Below are positions 11,971 to 25,396 of a stretch of 64,000 bases of DNA, piece by piece. A model generated the notes under the pieces. The model worked only from the letters and a program-made list of their open reading frames with translations, searched no databases and was not told the origin of the DNA. Source of the stretch: Squalus acanthias. Taxonomy: Eukaryota. Both the position numbers and the translations under genes were made by a program. The stretch lies in NCBI GenBank assembly GCA_030390025.1, contig JASTWF010000033.1, positions 1,242,001-1,306,000 on the forward strand, written 5' to 3'. Position 1 is the stretch's first letter; the number at the start of each line of letters is the position of its first letter.

Positions 11971-12042
11971 TTCCCTGACCGGGAATCGAACCCGGGCCGC
12001 GGCGGTGAGAGCGCCGCATCCTAACCACTAGACCACCAGGGA
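11971..12042 (-). tRNA. TRNAE-CUC: tRNA-Glu(CTC)
   Basis: Array copy, intact cloverleaf. Confidence 0.95.
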
Positions 12043-12558
12043 AGCTACAGCAAGCTCCCTGCCAGAAAGCACAGCAAGGCAGTCTTTCCTGCGTGCTCCT
12101 TTGAAATTCAGATGCTTTCGCGCCAGGCAAACTGTTCGTACAAAATGACATTTTTTAGTTGAGAACACAAAAGACGTGTTCGCGAAACCACGGCAGCAAG
12201 TGCTGATAGGCATGCACTTGAAATCGATTTCCTTCTGTGCTCTGGATGTTGCCTCTACTCGGGGCCGGGCCTACATTTCATTGATGCATTTACTCCTGAG
12301 CCTTTTGCCCATCTCGCGGGGTCAGAGCCGCTCTGTCTGTCTCTTACCCGCTTGTGACCATTAACGGGAACAGGCCGCCAGTTCAACGTTCATCAGCAAA
12401 CCCAAAAACACAAATAAACGTCTCTCCGCCTCGGTGGCAAAGGTTCAATGGATGTTATTCCAAATAATTCCCCCGTGAGAGTCTGCGTGGATTGGTTTCA
12501 TTATAAAGTTTCTATTTGAAATGTGCGAGAAAAGCGTAAAATTATGAAAACATTCTGA

Positions 12559-12632
12559 TGGCCCGTACGGGGATCGAACCCGCGACCTTGGCGTTATTAG
12601 CACCACGCTCTCGCCAACTGAGCTAACCGGCC
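12559..12632 (-). tRNA. TRNAI-AAU: tRNA-Ile(AAT)
   Basis: Array copy, intact cloverleaf. Confidence 0.95.
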
Positions 12633-13054
12633 ACAAAGCGCACAACGGATAGGCTCGCACCCAGCCTGGGGGATTGTTTTTCAGTCTCACACTGGGTGAC
12701 CGATTTACTGCACAAACATTGAACACACCACATCGCTTAAACATTGTCAACTGTTCCTGTATACATCTGGGCAGAGTGTCAATCGAAAGTTACAGAGAAA
12801 GAGCTCTTTAATCTAACAAAACTCATTCTAAAATTTATTATCGCACCACCGCTGAACAGCCCCCCACCCTCCAACACTGTCCAGGTAAAAAGAGAGCCGG
12901 CGGGACCCCGACTGGATTCGAACCAGCAGCGGGCGGTTGGAGCCGGATCTAACGTGGTTCGGGCCCATTTCTTTGGTAGACGCGAGCTCAGAAGTGGAAA
13001 ATCTCTCCTGAATCGTTCCTCTTATAGTGAAGGAGACAAAAAGTAACTAAAACC

Positions 13055-13127
13055 TGCCGAAACCCGGGATCGAACCAGGGACCTTTAGATCTTCAGTCTA
13101 ACGCTCTCCCAACTGAGCTATTTCGGC
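13055..13127 (-). tRNA. TRNAF-GAA: tRNA-Phe(GAA)
   Basis: Array copy, canonical sequence. Confidence 0.96.
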
Positions 13128-14024
13128 CTCACAGCAAATTCCATCTTGTGTCATTCTTTTGGAGGATTTTCTAACCCCGGGTGGCATTACTCCTCCGGCT
13201 CATTCCTCACTTCGGGCAATGTGACCCGACCAGATCTCGGAGCTCAGGTTGTGTTCATGTAAAGCTGGGTTTTGGATAAAGATACAAAGCTGACACAGCC
13301 GGGGGGACCTCACCGTGTTGGACAAAGCGTGGAATGAACCAATACAGTTACAGAACACAACACATGTGTAAAATTCAATGTTCTTTTCTCCGCACTGATG
13401 GGTTGTGAAGGGAGAGACGGCCGAAGTCTCACTGAGCCGCACTGATCACGAGACAAGCTGAAATGATGTCAAGTTCAATCTTCAGCCGCAGGTATGGTGC
13501 TCCCACACAGAACTGAAAATGCCCAGGCTGCATCCCGGCCTGTGGTCTCTTCGTTCCTCACTCAGTGGGCAATACAGGAAGGGCTCAGGCCTAATGAATA
13601 TCTTCATGCTCAGGTTAAGTTATCACTGCCCAGGCACTCTCTGATTCCAGTCTTGCACACGTTGCTAAGTTTCGAATGCTGCATTTTTCAGACTGGCAAC
13701 GAATTGATTGATAGCCGTGCCTGTAATAAGCTAAGTTTGTTAGGGAGATGCAGTGGGCAAGAAGATACACGGAAGACTGATAATAACCGTGACTGTCCTG
13801 ACACTGTGAACTGCAGTTAAATGTTGGCAACATTTCAATGTCAATCGGCAAGTCTAAAAGTCGACAGAAAGGGCTAATCATTTCCTGCTGCCTTTGAAAC
13901 AGCATGCATTTCACAGAAATCAAGGCAGTGTATTTTGCATAACTGTTGCGTTAGATCAGGGGCGAGCATCGTTTCGCGAATGTGCGTTGAATGGTGGCAT
14001 TTCAAACAGCCCCAAAACGCACTG

Positions 14025-14096
14025 TTCCCTGACCGGGAATCGAACCCGGGCCGCGGCGGTGAGAGCGCCGCATCCTAACCACTAGACCACCAGGGA
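14025..14096 (-). tRNA. TRNAE-CUC: tRNA-Glu(CTC)
   Basis: Array copy, intact cloverleaf. Confidence 0.95.
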
Positions 14097-14612
14097 AGCT
14101 ACAGCAAGCTCCCTGCCAGAAAGCACAGCAAGGCAGTCTTTCCTGCGTGCTCCTTTGAAATTCAGATGCTTTCGCGCCAGGCAAACTGTTCGTACAAAAT
14201 GACATTTTTTAGTTGAGAACACAAAAGACGTGTTCGCGAAACCACGGCAGCAAGTGCTGATAGGCATGCACTTGAAATCGATTTCCTTCTGTGCTCTGGA
14301 TGTTGCCTCTACTCGGGGCCGGGCCTACATTTCATTGATGCATTTACTCCTGAGCCTTTTGCCCATCTCGCGGGGTCAGAGCCGCTCTGTCTGTCTCTTA
14401 CCCGCTTGTGACCATTAACGGGAACAGGCCGCCAGTTCAACGTTCATCAGCAAACCCAAAAACACAAATAAACGTCTCTCCGCCTCGGTGGCAAAGGTTC
14501 AATGGATGTTATTCCAAATAATTCCCCCGTGAGAGTCTGCGTGGATTGGTTTCATTATAAAGTTTCTATTTGAAATGTGCGAGAAAAGCGTAAAATTATG
14601 AAAACATTCTGA

Positions 14613-14686
14613 TGGCCCGTACGGGGATCGAACCCGCGACCTTGGCGTTATTAGCACCACGCTCTCGCCAACTGAGCTAACCGGCC
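14613..14686 (-). tRNA. TRNAI-AAU: tRNA-Ile(AAT)
   Basis: Array copy, intact cloverleaf. Confidence 0.95.
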
Positions 14687-15109
14687 ACAAAGCGCACAAC
14701 GGATAGGCTCGCACCCAGCCTGGGGGATTGTTTTTCAGTCTCACACTGGGTGACCGATTTACTGCACAAACATTGAACACACCACATCGCTTAAACATTG
14801 TCAACTGTTCCTGTATACATCTGGGCAGAGTGTCAATCGAAAGTTACAGAGAAAGAGCTCTTTAATCTAACAAAACTCATTCTAAAATTTATTATCGCAC
14901 CACCGCTGAACAGCCCCCCCACCCTCCAACACTGTCCCGGTAAAAAGAGAGCCGGCGGGACCCCGACTGGATTCGAACCAGCAGCGGGCGGTTGGAGCCG
15001 GATCTAACGTGGTTCGGGCCCATTTCTTTGGTCGACGCGAGCTCAGAAGTGGAAAATCTCTCCTGAATCGTTCCTCTTATAGTGAAGGAGACAAAAAGTA
15101 ACTAAAACC

Positions 15110-15182
15110 TGCCGAAACCCGGGATCGAACCAGGGACCTTTAGATCTTCAGTCTAACGCTCTCCCAACTGAGCTATTTCGGC
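15110..15182 (-). tRNA. TRNAF-GAA: tRNA-Phe(GAA)
   Basis: Array copy, canonical sequence. Confidence 0.96.
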
Positions 15183-16080
15183 CTCACAGCAAATTCCATC
15201 TTGTGTCATTCTTTTGGAGGATTTTCTAACCCCGGGTGGCATTACTCCTCCGGCTCATTCCTCACTTCGGGCAATGTGACCCGACCAGATCTCGGAGCTC
15301 AGGTTGTGTTCATGTAAAGCTGGGTTTTGGATAAAGATACAAAGCTGACACAGCCGGGGGGACCTCACCGTGTTGGACAAAGCGTGGAATGAACCAATAC
15401 AGTTACAGAACACAACACATGTGTAAAATTCAATGTTCTTTTCTCCGCACTGATGGGTTGTGAAGGGAGAGACGGGCCGAAGTCTCACTGAGCCGCACTG
15501 ATCACGAGACAAGCTGAAATGATGTCAAGTTCAATCTTCAGCCGCAGGTATGGTGCTCCCACACAGAACTGAAAATGCCCAGGCTGCATCCCGGCCTGTG
15601 GTCTCTTCGTTCCTCACTCAGTGGGCAATACAGGAAGGGCTCAGGCCTAATGAATATCTTCATGCTCAGGTTAAGTTATCACTGCCCAGGCACTCTCTGA
15701 TTCCAGTCTTGCACACGTTGCTAAGTTTCGAATGCTGCATTTTTCACACTGGCAACGAATTGATTGATAGCCGTGCCTGTAATAAGCTAAGTTTGTTAGG
15801 GAGATGCAGTGGGCAAGAAGATACACGGAAGACTGATAATAACCGTGACTGTCCTGACACTGTGAACTGCAGTTAAATGTTGGCAACATTTCAATGTCAA
15901 TCGGCAAGTCTAAAAGTCGACAGAAAGGGCTAATCATTTCCTGCTGCCTTTGAAACAGCATGCATTTCACAGAAATCAAGGCAGTGTATTTTGCATAACT
16001 GTTGCGTTAGATCAGGGGCGAGCATCGTTTCGCGAATGTGCGTTGAATGGTGGCATTTCAAACAGCCCCAAAACGCACTG

Positions 16081-16152
16081 TTCCCTGACCGGGAATCGAA
16101 CCCGGGCCGCGGCGGTGAGAGCGCCGCATCCTAACCACTAGACCACCAGGGA
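16081..16152 (-). tRNA. TRNAE-CUC: tRNA-Glu(CTC)
   Basis: Array copy, intact cloverleaf. Confidence 0.95.
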
Positions 16153-16667
16153 AGCTACAGCAAGCTCCCTGCCAGAAAGCACAGCAAGGCAGTCTTTCCT
16201 GCGTGCTCCTTTGAAATTCAGATGCTTTCGCGCCAGGCAAACTGTTCGTACAAAATGACATTTTTTAGTTGAGAACACAAAAGACGTGTTCGCGAAACCA
16301 CGGCAGCAAGTGCTGATAGGCATGCACTTGAAATCGATTTCCTTCTGTGCTCTGGATGTTGCCTCTCTCGGGGCCGGGCCTACATTTCATTGATGCATTT
16401 ACTCCTGAGCCTTTTGCCCATCTCGCGGGGTCAGAGCCGCTCTGTCTGTCTCTTACCCGCTTGTGACCATTAACGGGAACAGGCCGCCAGTTCAACGTTC
16501 ATCAGCAAACCCAAAAACACAAATAAACGTCTCTCCGCCTCGGTGGCAAAGGTTCAATGGATGTTATTCCAAATAATTCCCCCGTGAGAGTCTGCGTGGA
16601 TTGGTTTCATTATAAAGTTTCTATTTGAAATGTGCGAGAAAAGCGTAAAATTATGAAAACATTCTGA

Positions 16668-16741
16668 TGGCCCGTACGGGGATCGAACCCGCGACCTTGG
16701 CGTTATTAGCACCACGCTCTCGCCAACTGAGCTAACCGGCC
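16668..16741 (-). tRNA. TRNAI-AAU: tRNA-Ile(AAT)
   Basis: Array copy, intact cloverleaf. Confidence 0.95.
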
Positions 16742-17164
16742 ACAAAGCGCACAACGGATAGGCTCGCACCCAGCCTGGGGGATTGTTTTTCAGTCTCACA
16801 CTGGGTGACCGATTTACTGCACAAACATTGAACACACCACATCGCTTAAACATTGTCAACTGTTCCTGTATACATCTGGGCAGAGTGTCAATCGAAAGTT
16901 ACAGAGAAAGAGCTCTTTAATCTAACAAAACTCATTCTAAAATTTATTATCGCACCACCGCTGAACAGCCCCCCCTCCCTCCAACACTGTCCCGGTAAAA
17001 AGAGAGCCGGCGGGACCCCGACTGGATTCGAACCAGCAGCGGGCGGTTGGAGCCGGATCTAACGTAGTTCGGGCTCATTTCTTTGGTAGACGCCAGCTCA
17101 GAAGTGGAAAATCTCTCCTGAATCGTTCCTCTTATAGTGAAGGAGACAAAAAGTAACTAAAACC

Positions 17165-17237
17165 TGCCGAAACCCGGGATCGAACCAGGGACCTTTAGAT
17201 CTTCAGTCTAACGCTCTCCCAACTGAGCTATTTCGGC
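17165..17237 (-). tRNA. TRNAF-GAA: tRNA-Phe(GAA)
   Basis: Array copy, canonical sequence. Confidence 0.96.
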
Positions 17238-18100
17238 CTCACAGCAAATTCCATCTTGTGTCATTCTTTTGGAGGATTTTCTAACCCCGGGTGGCATTAC
17301 TCCTCCGGCTCATTCCTCACTTCGGGCAATGTGACCCGACCAGATCTCGGAGCTCAGGTTGTGTTCATGTAAAGCTGGGTTTTGGATAAAGATACAAAGC
17401 TGACACAGCCGGGGGGACCTCACCGTGTTGGACAAAGCGTGGAATGAACCAATACAGTTACAGAACACAACACATGTGTAAAATTCAATGTTCTTTTCTC
17501 CGCACTGATGGGTTGTGAAGGGAGAGACGAACCGAAGTCTCACTGATCACTAGACAAGCTGAAATGATGTCAAGTTCAATCTTCAGCCGCAGGTATGGTG
17601 CTCCCACACAGAACTGAAAATGCCCAGGCTGCATCCCGGCCTGTGGTCTCTTCGTTCCTCACTCAGTGGGCAATACAGGAAGGGCTCAGGTTAAGTTATC
17701 ACTGCCCAGGCACTCTCTGATTCCAGTCTTGCACACGTTGCTAAGTTTCGAATGCTGCATTTTTCAGACTGGCAACAAATTGATTGATAGCCGTGCCTGT
17801 AATAAGCTAAGTTTGTTAGGGAGATGCAGTGGGCAAGAAGATACACGGAAGACTGATAATAACCGTGACTGTCCTGACACTGTGAACTGCAGTTAAATGT
17901 TGGCAACATTTCAATGTCAATCGGCAAGTCTAAAAGTCGACAGAAAGGGCTAATCATTTCCTGCTGCCTTTGAAACAGCATGCATTTCACAGAAATCAAG
18001 GCAGTGTATTTTGCATGACTGTTGCGTTAGATCAGGGGCGAGCAGCGTTTCACGAATGTGCGTTGAATGGTGGCATTTCAAACAGCCCCAAAACGCACTG

Positions 18101-18172
18101 TTCCCTGACCGGGAATCGAACCCGGGCCGCGGCGGTGAGAGCGCCGCATCCTAACCACTAGACCACCAGGGA
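18101..18172 (-). tRNA. TRNAE-CUC: tRNA-Glu(CTC)
   Basis: Array copy, intact cloverleaf. Confidence 0.95.
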
Positions 18173-18687
18173 AACTACATCAAGCTCCCTGCCAGAAAGC
18201 ACAGCAAGGCAGTCTTTCCTGCGTGCTCCTTTGAAATTCAGATGCTTTCGCGCCAGGCAAACTGTTCGTACAAAATGACATTTTTTAGTTGAGAACACAA
18301 AAGACGTGTTCGCGAAACCACGGCAGCAAGTGCTGATAGGCATGCACTTGAAATCGATTTCCTTCTGTGCTCTGGATGTTGCCTCTCTCGGGGCCGGGCC
18401 TACATTTCATTGATGCATTTACTCCTGAGCCTTTTGCCCATCTCGCGGGGTCAGAGCCGCTCTGTCTGTCTCTTACCCGCTTGTGACCATTAACGGGAAC
18501 AGGCCGCCAGTTCAACGTTCATCAGCAAACCCAAAAACACAAATAAACGTCTCTCCGCCTCGGTGGCAAAGGTTCAATGGATGTTATTCCAAATAATTCC
18601 CCCGTGAGAGTCTGCGTGGATTGGTTTCATTATAAAGTTTCTATTTGAAATGTGCGAGAAAAGCGTAAAATTATGAAAACATTCTGA

Positions 18688-18761
18688 TGGCCCGTACGGG
18701 GATCGAACCCGCGACCTTGGCGTTATTAGCACCACGCTCTCGCCAACTGAGCTAACCGGCC
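18688..18761 (-). tRNA. TRNAI-AAU: tRNA-Ile(AAT)
   Basis: Array copy, intact cloverleaf. Confidence 0.95.
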
Positions 18762-19183
18762 ACAAAGCGCACAACGGATAGGCTCGCACCCAGCCTGGGG
18801 GATTGTTTTTCAGTCTCACACTGGGTGACCGATTTACTGCACAAACATTGAACACACCACATCGCTTAAACATTGTCAACTGTTCCTGTATACATCTGGG
18901 CAGAGTGTCAATCGAAAGTTACAGAGAAAGAGCTCTTTAATCTAACAAAACTCATTCTAAAATTTATTATCGCACCACCGCTGAACAGCCCCCCACCCTC
19001 CAACACTGTCCCGGTAAAAAGAGAGCCGGCGGGACCCCGACTGGATTCGAACCAGCAGCGGGCGGTTGGAGCCGGATCTAACGTGGTTCGGGCCCATTTC
19101 TTTGGTAGACGCGAGCTCAGAAGTGGAAAATCTCTCCTGAATCGTTCCTCTTATAGTGAAGGAGACAAAAAGTAACTAAAACC

Positions 19184-19256
19184 TGCCGAAACCCGGGATC
19201 GAACCAGGGACCTTTAGATCTTCAGTCTAACGCTCTCCCAACTGAGCTATTTCGGC
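19184..19256 (-). tRNA. TRNAF-GAA: tRNA-Phe(GAA)
   Basis: Array copy, canonical sequence. Confidence 0.96.
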
Positions 19257-20144
19257 CTCACAGCAAATTCCATCTTGTGTCATTCTTTTGGAGGATTTTC
19301 TAACCCCGGGTGGCATTACTCCTCCGGCTCATTCCTCACTTCGGGCAATGTGACCCGACCAGATCTCGGAGCTCAGGTTGTGTTCATGTAAAGCTGGGTT
19401 TTGGATAAAGATACAAAGCTGACACAGCCGGGGGGACCTCACCGTGTTGGACAAAGCGTGGAATGAACCAATACAGTTACAGAACACAACACATGTGTAA
19501 AATTCAATGTTCTTTTCTCCGCACTGATGGGTTGTGAAGGGAGAGACGGGCCGAAGTCTCACTGATCACGAGACAAGCTGAAATGATGTCAAGTTCAATC
19601 TTCAGCCGCAGGTATGGTGCTCCCACACAGAACTGAAAATGCCCAGGCTGCATCCCGGCCTGTGGTCTCTTCGTTCCTCACTCAGTGGGCAATACAGGAA
19701 GGGCTCAGGCCTAATGAATATCTTCATGCTCAGGTTAAGTTATCACTGCCCAGGCACTCTCTGATTCCAGTCTTGCACACGTTGCTAAGTTTCGAATGCT
19801 GCATTTTTCACACTGGCAACGAATTGATTGATAGCCGTGCCTGTAATAAGCTAAGTTTGTTAGGGAGATGCAGTGGGCAAGAAGATACACGGAAGACTGA
19901 TAATAACCGTGACTGTCCTGACACTGTGAACTGCAGTTAAATGTTGGCAACATTTCAATGTCAATCGGCAAGTCTAAAAGTCGACAGAAAGGGCTAATCA
20001 TTTCCTGCTGCCTTTGAAACAGCATGCATTTCACAGAAATCAAGGCAGTGTATTTTGCATAACTGTTGCGTTAGATCAGGGGCGAGCATCGTTTCGCGAA
20101 TGTGCGTTGAATGGTGGCATTTCAAACAGCCCCAAAACGCACTG

Positions 20145-20216
20145 TTCCCTGACCGGGAATCGAACCCGGGCCGCGGCGGTGAGAGCGCCGCATCCTAACC
20201 ACTAGACCACCAGGGA
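20145..20216 (-). tRNA. TRNAE-CUC: tRNA-Glu(CTC)
   Basis: Array copy, intact cloverleaf. Confidence 0.95.
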
Positions 20217-20731
20217 AGCTACAGCAAGCTCCCTGCCAGAAAGCACAGCAAGGCAGTCTTTCCTGCGTGCTCCTTTGAAATTCAGATGCTTTCGCGCCAG
20301 GCAAACTGTTCGTACAAAATGACATTTTTTAGTTGAGAACACAAAAGACGTGTTCGCGAAACCACGGCAGCAAGTGCTGATAGGCATGCACTTGAAATCG
20401 ATTTCCTTCTGTGCTCTGGATGTTGCCTCTCTCGGGGCCGGGCCTACATTTCATTGATGCATTTACTCCTGAGCCTTTTGCCCATCTCGCGGGGTCAGAG
20501 CCGCTCTGTCTGTCTCTTACCCGCTTGTGACCATTAACGGGAACAGGCCGCCAGTTCAACGTTCATCAGCAAACCCAAAAACACAAATAAACGTCTCTCC
20601 GCCTCGGTGGCAAAGGTTCAATGGATGTTATTCCAAATAATTCCCCCGTGAGAGTCTGCGTGGATTGGTTTCATTATAAAGTTTCTATTTGAAATGTGCG
20701 AGAAAAGCGTAAAATTATGAAAACATTCTGA

Positions 20732-20805
20732 TGGCCCGTACGGGGATCGAACCCGCGACCTTGGCGTTATTAGCACCACGCTCTCGCCAACTGAGCTAAC
20801 CGGCC
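20732..20805 (-). tRNA. TRNAI-AAU: tRNA-Ile(AAT)
   Basis: Array copy, intact cloverleaf. Confidence 0.95.
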
Positions 20806-21227
20806 ACAAAGCGCACAACGGATAGGCTCGCACCCAGCCTGGGGGATTGTTTTTCAGTCTCACACTGGGTGACCGATTTACTGCACAAACATTGAACACA
20901 CCACATCGCTTAAACATTGTCAACTGTTCCTGTATACATCTGGGCAGAGTGTCAATCGAAAGTTACAGAGAAAGAGCTCTTTAATCTAACAAAACTCATT
21001 CTAAAATTTATTATCGCACCACCGCTGAACAGCCCCCCACCCTCCAACACTGTCCCGGTAAAAAGAGAGCCGGCGGGACCCCGACTGGATTCGAACCAGC
21101 AGCGGGCGGTTGGAGCCGGATCTAACGTGGTTCGGGCCCATTTCTTTGGTAGACGCGAGCTCAGAAGTGGAAAATCTCTCCTGAATCGTTCCTCTTATAG
21201 TGAAGGAGACAAAAAGTAACTAAAACC

Positions 21228-21300
21228 TGCCGAAACCCGGGATCGAACCAGGGACCTTTAGATCTTCAGTCTAACGCTCTCCCAACTGAGCTATTTCGGC
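21228..21300 (-). tRNA. TRNAF-GAA: tRNA-Phe(GAA)
   Basis: Array copy, canonical sequence. Confidence 0.96.
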
Positions 21301-22188
21301 CTCACAGCAAATTCCATCTTGTGTCATTCTTTTGGAGGATTTTCTAACCCCGGGTGGCATTACTCCTCCGGCTCATTCCTCACTTCGGGCAATGTGACCC
21401 GACCAGATCTCGGAGCTCAGGTTGTGTTCATGTAAAGCTGGGTTTTGGATAAAGATACAAAGCTGACACAGCCGGGGGGACCTCACCGTGTTGGACAAAG
21501 CGTGGAATGAACCAATACAGTTACAGAACACAACACATGTGTAAAATTCAATGTTCTTTTCTCCGCACTGATGGGTTGTGAAGGGAGAGACGGGCCGAAG
21601 TCTCACTGATCACGAGACAAGCTGAAATGATGTCAAGTTCAATCTTCAGCCGCAGGTATGGTGCTCCCACACAGAACTGAAAATGCCCAGGCTGCATCCC
21701 GGCCTGTGGTCTCTTCGTTCCTCACTCAGTGGGCAATACAGGAAGGGCTCAGGCCTAATGAATATCTTCATGCTCAGGTTAAGTTATCACTGCCCAGGCA
21801 CTCTCTGATTCCAGTCTTGCACACGTTGCTAAGTTTCGAATGCTGCATTTTTCACACTGGCAACGAATTGATTGATAGCCGTGCCTGTAATAAGCTAAGT
21901 TTGTTAGGGAGATGCAGTGGGCAAGAAGATACACGGAAGACTGATAATAACCGTGACTGTCCTGACACTGTGAACTGCAGTTAAATGTTGGCAACATTTC
22001 AATGTCAATCGGCAAGTCTAAAAGTCGACAGAAAGGGCTAATCATTTCCTGCTGCCTTTGAAACAGCATGCATTTCACAGAAATCAAGGCAGTGTATTTT
22101 GCATAACTGTTGCGTTAGATCAGGGGCGAGCATCGTTTCGCGAATGTGCGTTGAATGGTGGCATTTCAAACAGCCCCAAAACGCACTG

Positions 22189-22260
22189 TTCCCTGACCGG
22201 GAATCGAACCCGGGCCGCGGCGGTGAGAGCGCCGCATCCTAACCACTAGACCACCAGGGA
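22189..22260 (-). tRNA. TRNAE-CUC: tRNA-Glu(CTC)
   Basis: Array copy, intact cloverleaf. Confidence 0.95.
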
Positions 22261-22775
22261 AGCTACAGCAAGCTCCCTGCCAGAAAGCACAGCAAGGCAG
22301 TCTTTCCTGCGTGCTCCTTTGAAATTCAGATGCTTTCGCGCCAGGCAAACTGTTCGTACAAAATGACATTTTTTAGTTGAGAACACAAAAGACGTGTTCG
22401 CGAAACCACGGCAGCAAGTGCTGATAGGCATGCACTTGAAATCGATTTCCTTCTGTGCTCTGGATGTTGCCTCTCTCGGGGCCGGGCCTACATTTCATTG
22501 ATGCATTTACTCCTGAGCCTTTTGCCCATCTCGCGGGGTCAGAGCCGCTCTGTCTGTCTCTTACCCGCTTGTGACCATTAACGGGAACAGGCCGCCAGTT
22601 CAACGTTCATCAGCAAACCCAAAAACACAAATAAACGTCTCTCCGCCTCGGTGGCAAAGGTTCAATGGATGTTATTCCAAATAATTCCCCCGTGAGAGTC
22701 TGCGTGGATTGGTTTCATTATAAAGTTTCTATTTGAAATGTGCGAGAAAAGCGTAAAATTATGAAAACATTCTGA

Positions 22776-22849
22776 TGGCCCGTACGGGGATCGAACCCGC
22801 GACCTTGGCGTTATTAGCACCACGCTCTCGCCAACTGAGCTAACCGGCC
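22776..22849 (-). tRNA. TRNAI-AAU: tRNA-Ile(AAT)
   Basis: Array copy, intact cloverleaf. Confidence 0.95.
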
Positions 22850-23271
22850 ACAAAGCGCACAACGGATAGGCTCGCACCCAGCCTGGGGGATTGTTTTTCA
22901 GTCTCACACTGGGTGACCGATTTACTGCACAAACATTGAACACACCACATCGCTGAAACATTGTCAACTGTTCCTGTATACATCTGGGCAGAGTGTCAAT
23001 CGAAAGTTACAGAGAAAGAGCTCTTTAATCTAACAAAACTCATTCTAAAATTTATTATCGCACCACCGCTGAACAGCCCCCCACCCTCCAACACTGTCCA
23101 GGTAAAAAGAGAGCCGGCGGGACCCCGACTGGATTCGAACCAGCAGCGGGCGGTTGGAGCCGGATCTAACGTGGTTCGGGCCCATTTCTTTGGTCGACGC
23201 GAGCTCAGAAGTGGAAAATCTCTCCTGAATCGTTCCTCTTATAGTGAAGGAGACAAAAAGTAACTAAAACC

Positions 23272-23344
23272 TGCCGAAACCCGGGATCGAACCAGGGACC
23301 TTTAGATCTTCAGTCTAACGCTCTCCCAACTGAGCTATTTCGGC
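23272..23344 (-). tRNA. TRNAF-GAA: tRNA-Phe(GAA)
   Basis: Array copy, canonical sequence. Confidence 0.96.
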
Positions 23345-24239
23345 CTCACAGCAAATTCCATCTTGTGTCATTCTTTTGGAGGATTTTCTAACCCCGGGTG
23401 GCATTACTCCTCCGGCTCATTCCTCACTTCGGGCAATGTGACCCGACCAGATCTCGGAGCTCAGGTTGTGTTCATGTAAAGCTGGGTTTTGGATAAAGAT
23501 ACAAAGCTGACACAGCCGGGGGGACCTCACCGTGTTGGACAAAGCGTGGAATGAACCAATACAGTTACAGAACACAACACATGTGTAAAATTCAATGTTC
23601 TTTTCTCCGCACTGATGGGTTGTGAAGGGAGAGACGGGCCGAAGTCTCACTGAGCCGCACTGATCACGAGACAAGCTGAAATGATGTCAAGTTCAATCTT
23701 CAGCCGCAGGTATGGTGCTCCCACACAGAACTGAAAATGCCCAGGCTGCATCCCGGCCTGTGGTCTCTTCGTTCCTCACTCAGTGGGCAATACAGGAAGG
23801 GCTCAGGCCTAATGAATATCTTCATGCTCAGGTTAAGTTATCACTGCCCAGGCACTCTCTGATTCCAGTCTTGCACACGTTGCTAAGTTTCGAATGCTGC
23901 ATTTTTCACACTGGCAACGAATTGATTGATAGCCGTGCCTGTAATAAGCTAAGTTTGTTAGGGAGATGCAGTGGGCAAGAAGATACACGGAACACTGATA
24001 ATAACCGTGACTGTCCTGACACTGTCCTGACACTGTGAACTGCAGTTAAATGTTGGCAACATTTCAATGTCAATCGGCAAGTCTAAAAGTCGACATTTCC
24101 TGCTGCCTTTGAAACAGCATGCATTTCACAGAAATCAAGGCAGTGTATTTTGCATAACTGTTGCGTTAGATCAGGGGCGAGCATCGTTTCGCGAATGTGC
24201 GTTGAATGGTGGCATTTCAAACAGCCCCAAAACGCACTG

Positions 24240-24311
24240 TTCCCTGACCGGGAATCGAACCCGGGCCGCGGCGGTGAGAGCGCCGCATCCTAACCACTAG
24301 ACCACCAGGGA
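24240..24311 (-). tRNA. TRNAE-CUC: tRNA-Glu(CTC)
   Basis: Array copy, intact cloverleaf. Confidence 0.95.
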
Positions 24312-24827
24312 AGCTACAGCAAGCTCCCTGCCAGAAAGCACAGCAAGGCAGTCTTTCCTGCGTGCTCCTTTGAAATTCAGATGCTTTCGCGCCAGGCAAA
24401 CTGTTCGTACAAAATGACATTTTTTAGTTGAGAACACAAAAGACGTGTTCGCGAAACCACGGCAGCAAGTGCTGATAGGCATGCACTTGAAATCGATTTC
24501 CTTCTGTGCTCTGGATGTTGCCTCTACTCGGGGCCGGGCCTACATTTCATTGATGCATTTACTCCTGAGCCTTTTGCCCATCTCGCGGGGTCAGAGCCGC
24601 TCTGTCTGTCTCTTACCCGCTTGTGACCATTAACGGGAACAGGCCGCCAGTTCAACGTTCATCAGCAAACCCAAAAACACAAATAAACGTCTCTCCGCCT
24701 CGGTGGCAAAGGTTCAATGGATGTTATTCCAAATAATTCCCCCGTGAGAGTCTGCGTGGATTGGTTTCATTATAAAGTTTCTATTTGAAATGTGCGAGAA
24801 AAGCGTAAAATTATGAAAACATTCTGA

Positions 24828-24901
24828 TGGCCCGTACGGGGATCGAACCCGCGACCTTGGCGTTATTAGCACCACGCTCTCGCCAACTGAGCTAACCGGC
24901 C
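24828..24901 (-). tRNA. TRNAI-AAU: tRNA-Ile(AAT)
   Basis: Array copy, intact cloverleaf. Confidence 0.95.
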
Positions 24902-25323
24902 ACAAAGCGCACAACGGATAGGCTCGCACCCAGCCTGGGGGATTGTTTTTCAGTCTCACACTGGGTGACCGATTTACTGCACAAACATTGAACACACCAC
25001 ATCGCTGAAACATTGTCAACTGTTCCTGTATACATCTGGGCAGAGTGTCAATCGAAAGTTACAGAGAAAGAGCTCTTTAATCTAACAAAACTCATTCTAA
25101 AATTTATTATCGCACCACCGCTGAACAGCCCCCCACCCTCCAACACTGTCCAGGTAAAAAGAGAGCCGGCGGGACCCCGACTGGATTCGAACCAGGAGCG
25201 GGCGGTTGGAGCCGGATCTAACGTGGTTCGGGCCCATTTCTTTGGTCGACGCGAGCTCAGAAGTGGAAAATCTCTCCTGAATCGTTCCTCTTATAGTGAA
25301 GGAGACAAAAAGTAACTAAAACC

Positions 25324-25396
25324 TGCCGAAACCCGGGATCGAACCAGGGACCTTTAGATCTTCAGTCTAACGCTCTCCCAACTGAGCTATTTCGGC
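25324..25396 (-). tRNA. TRNAF-GAA: tRNA-Phe(GAA)
   Basis: Array copy, canonical sequence. Confidence 0.96.
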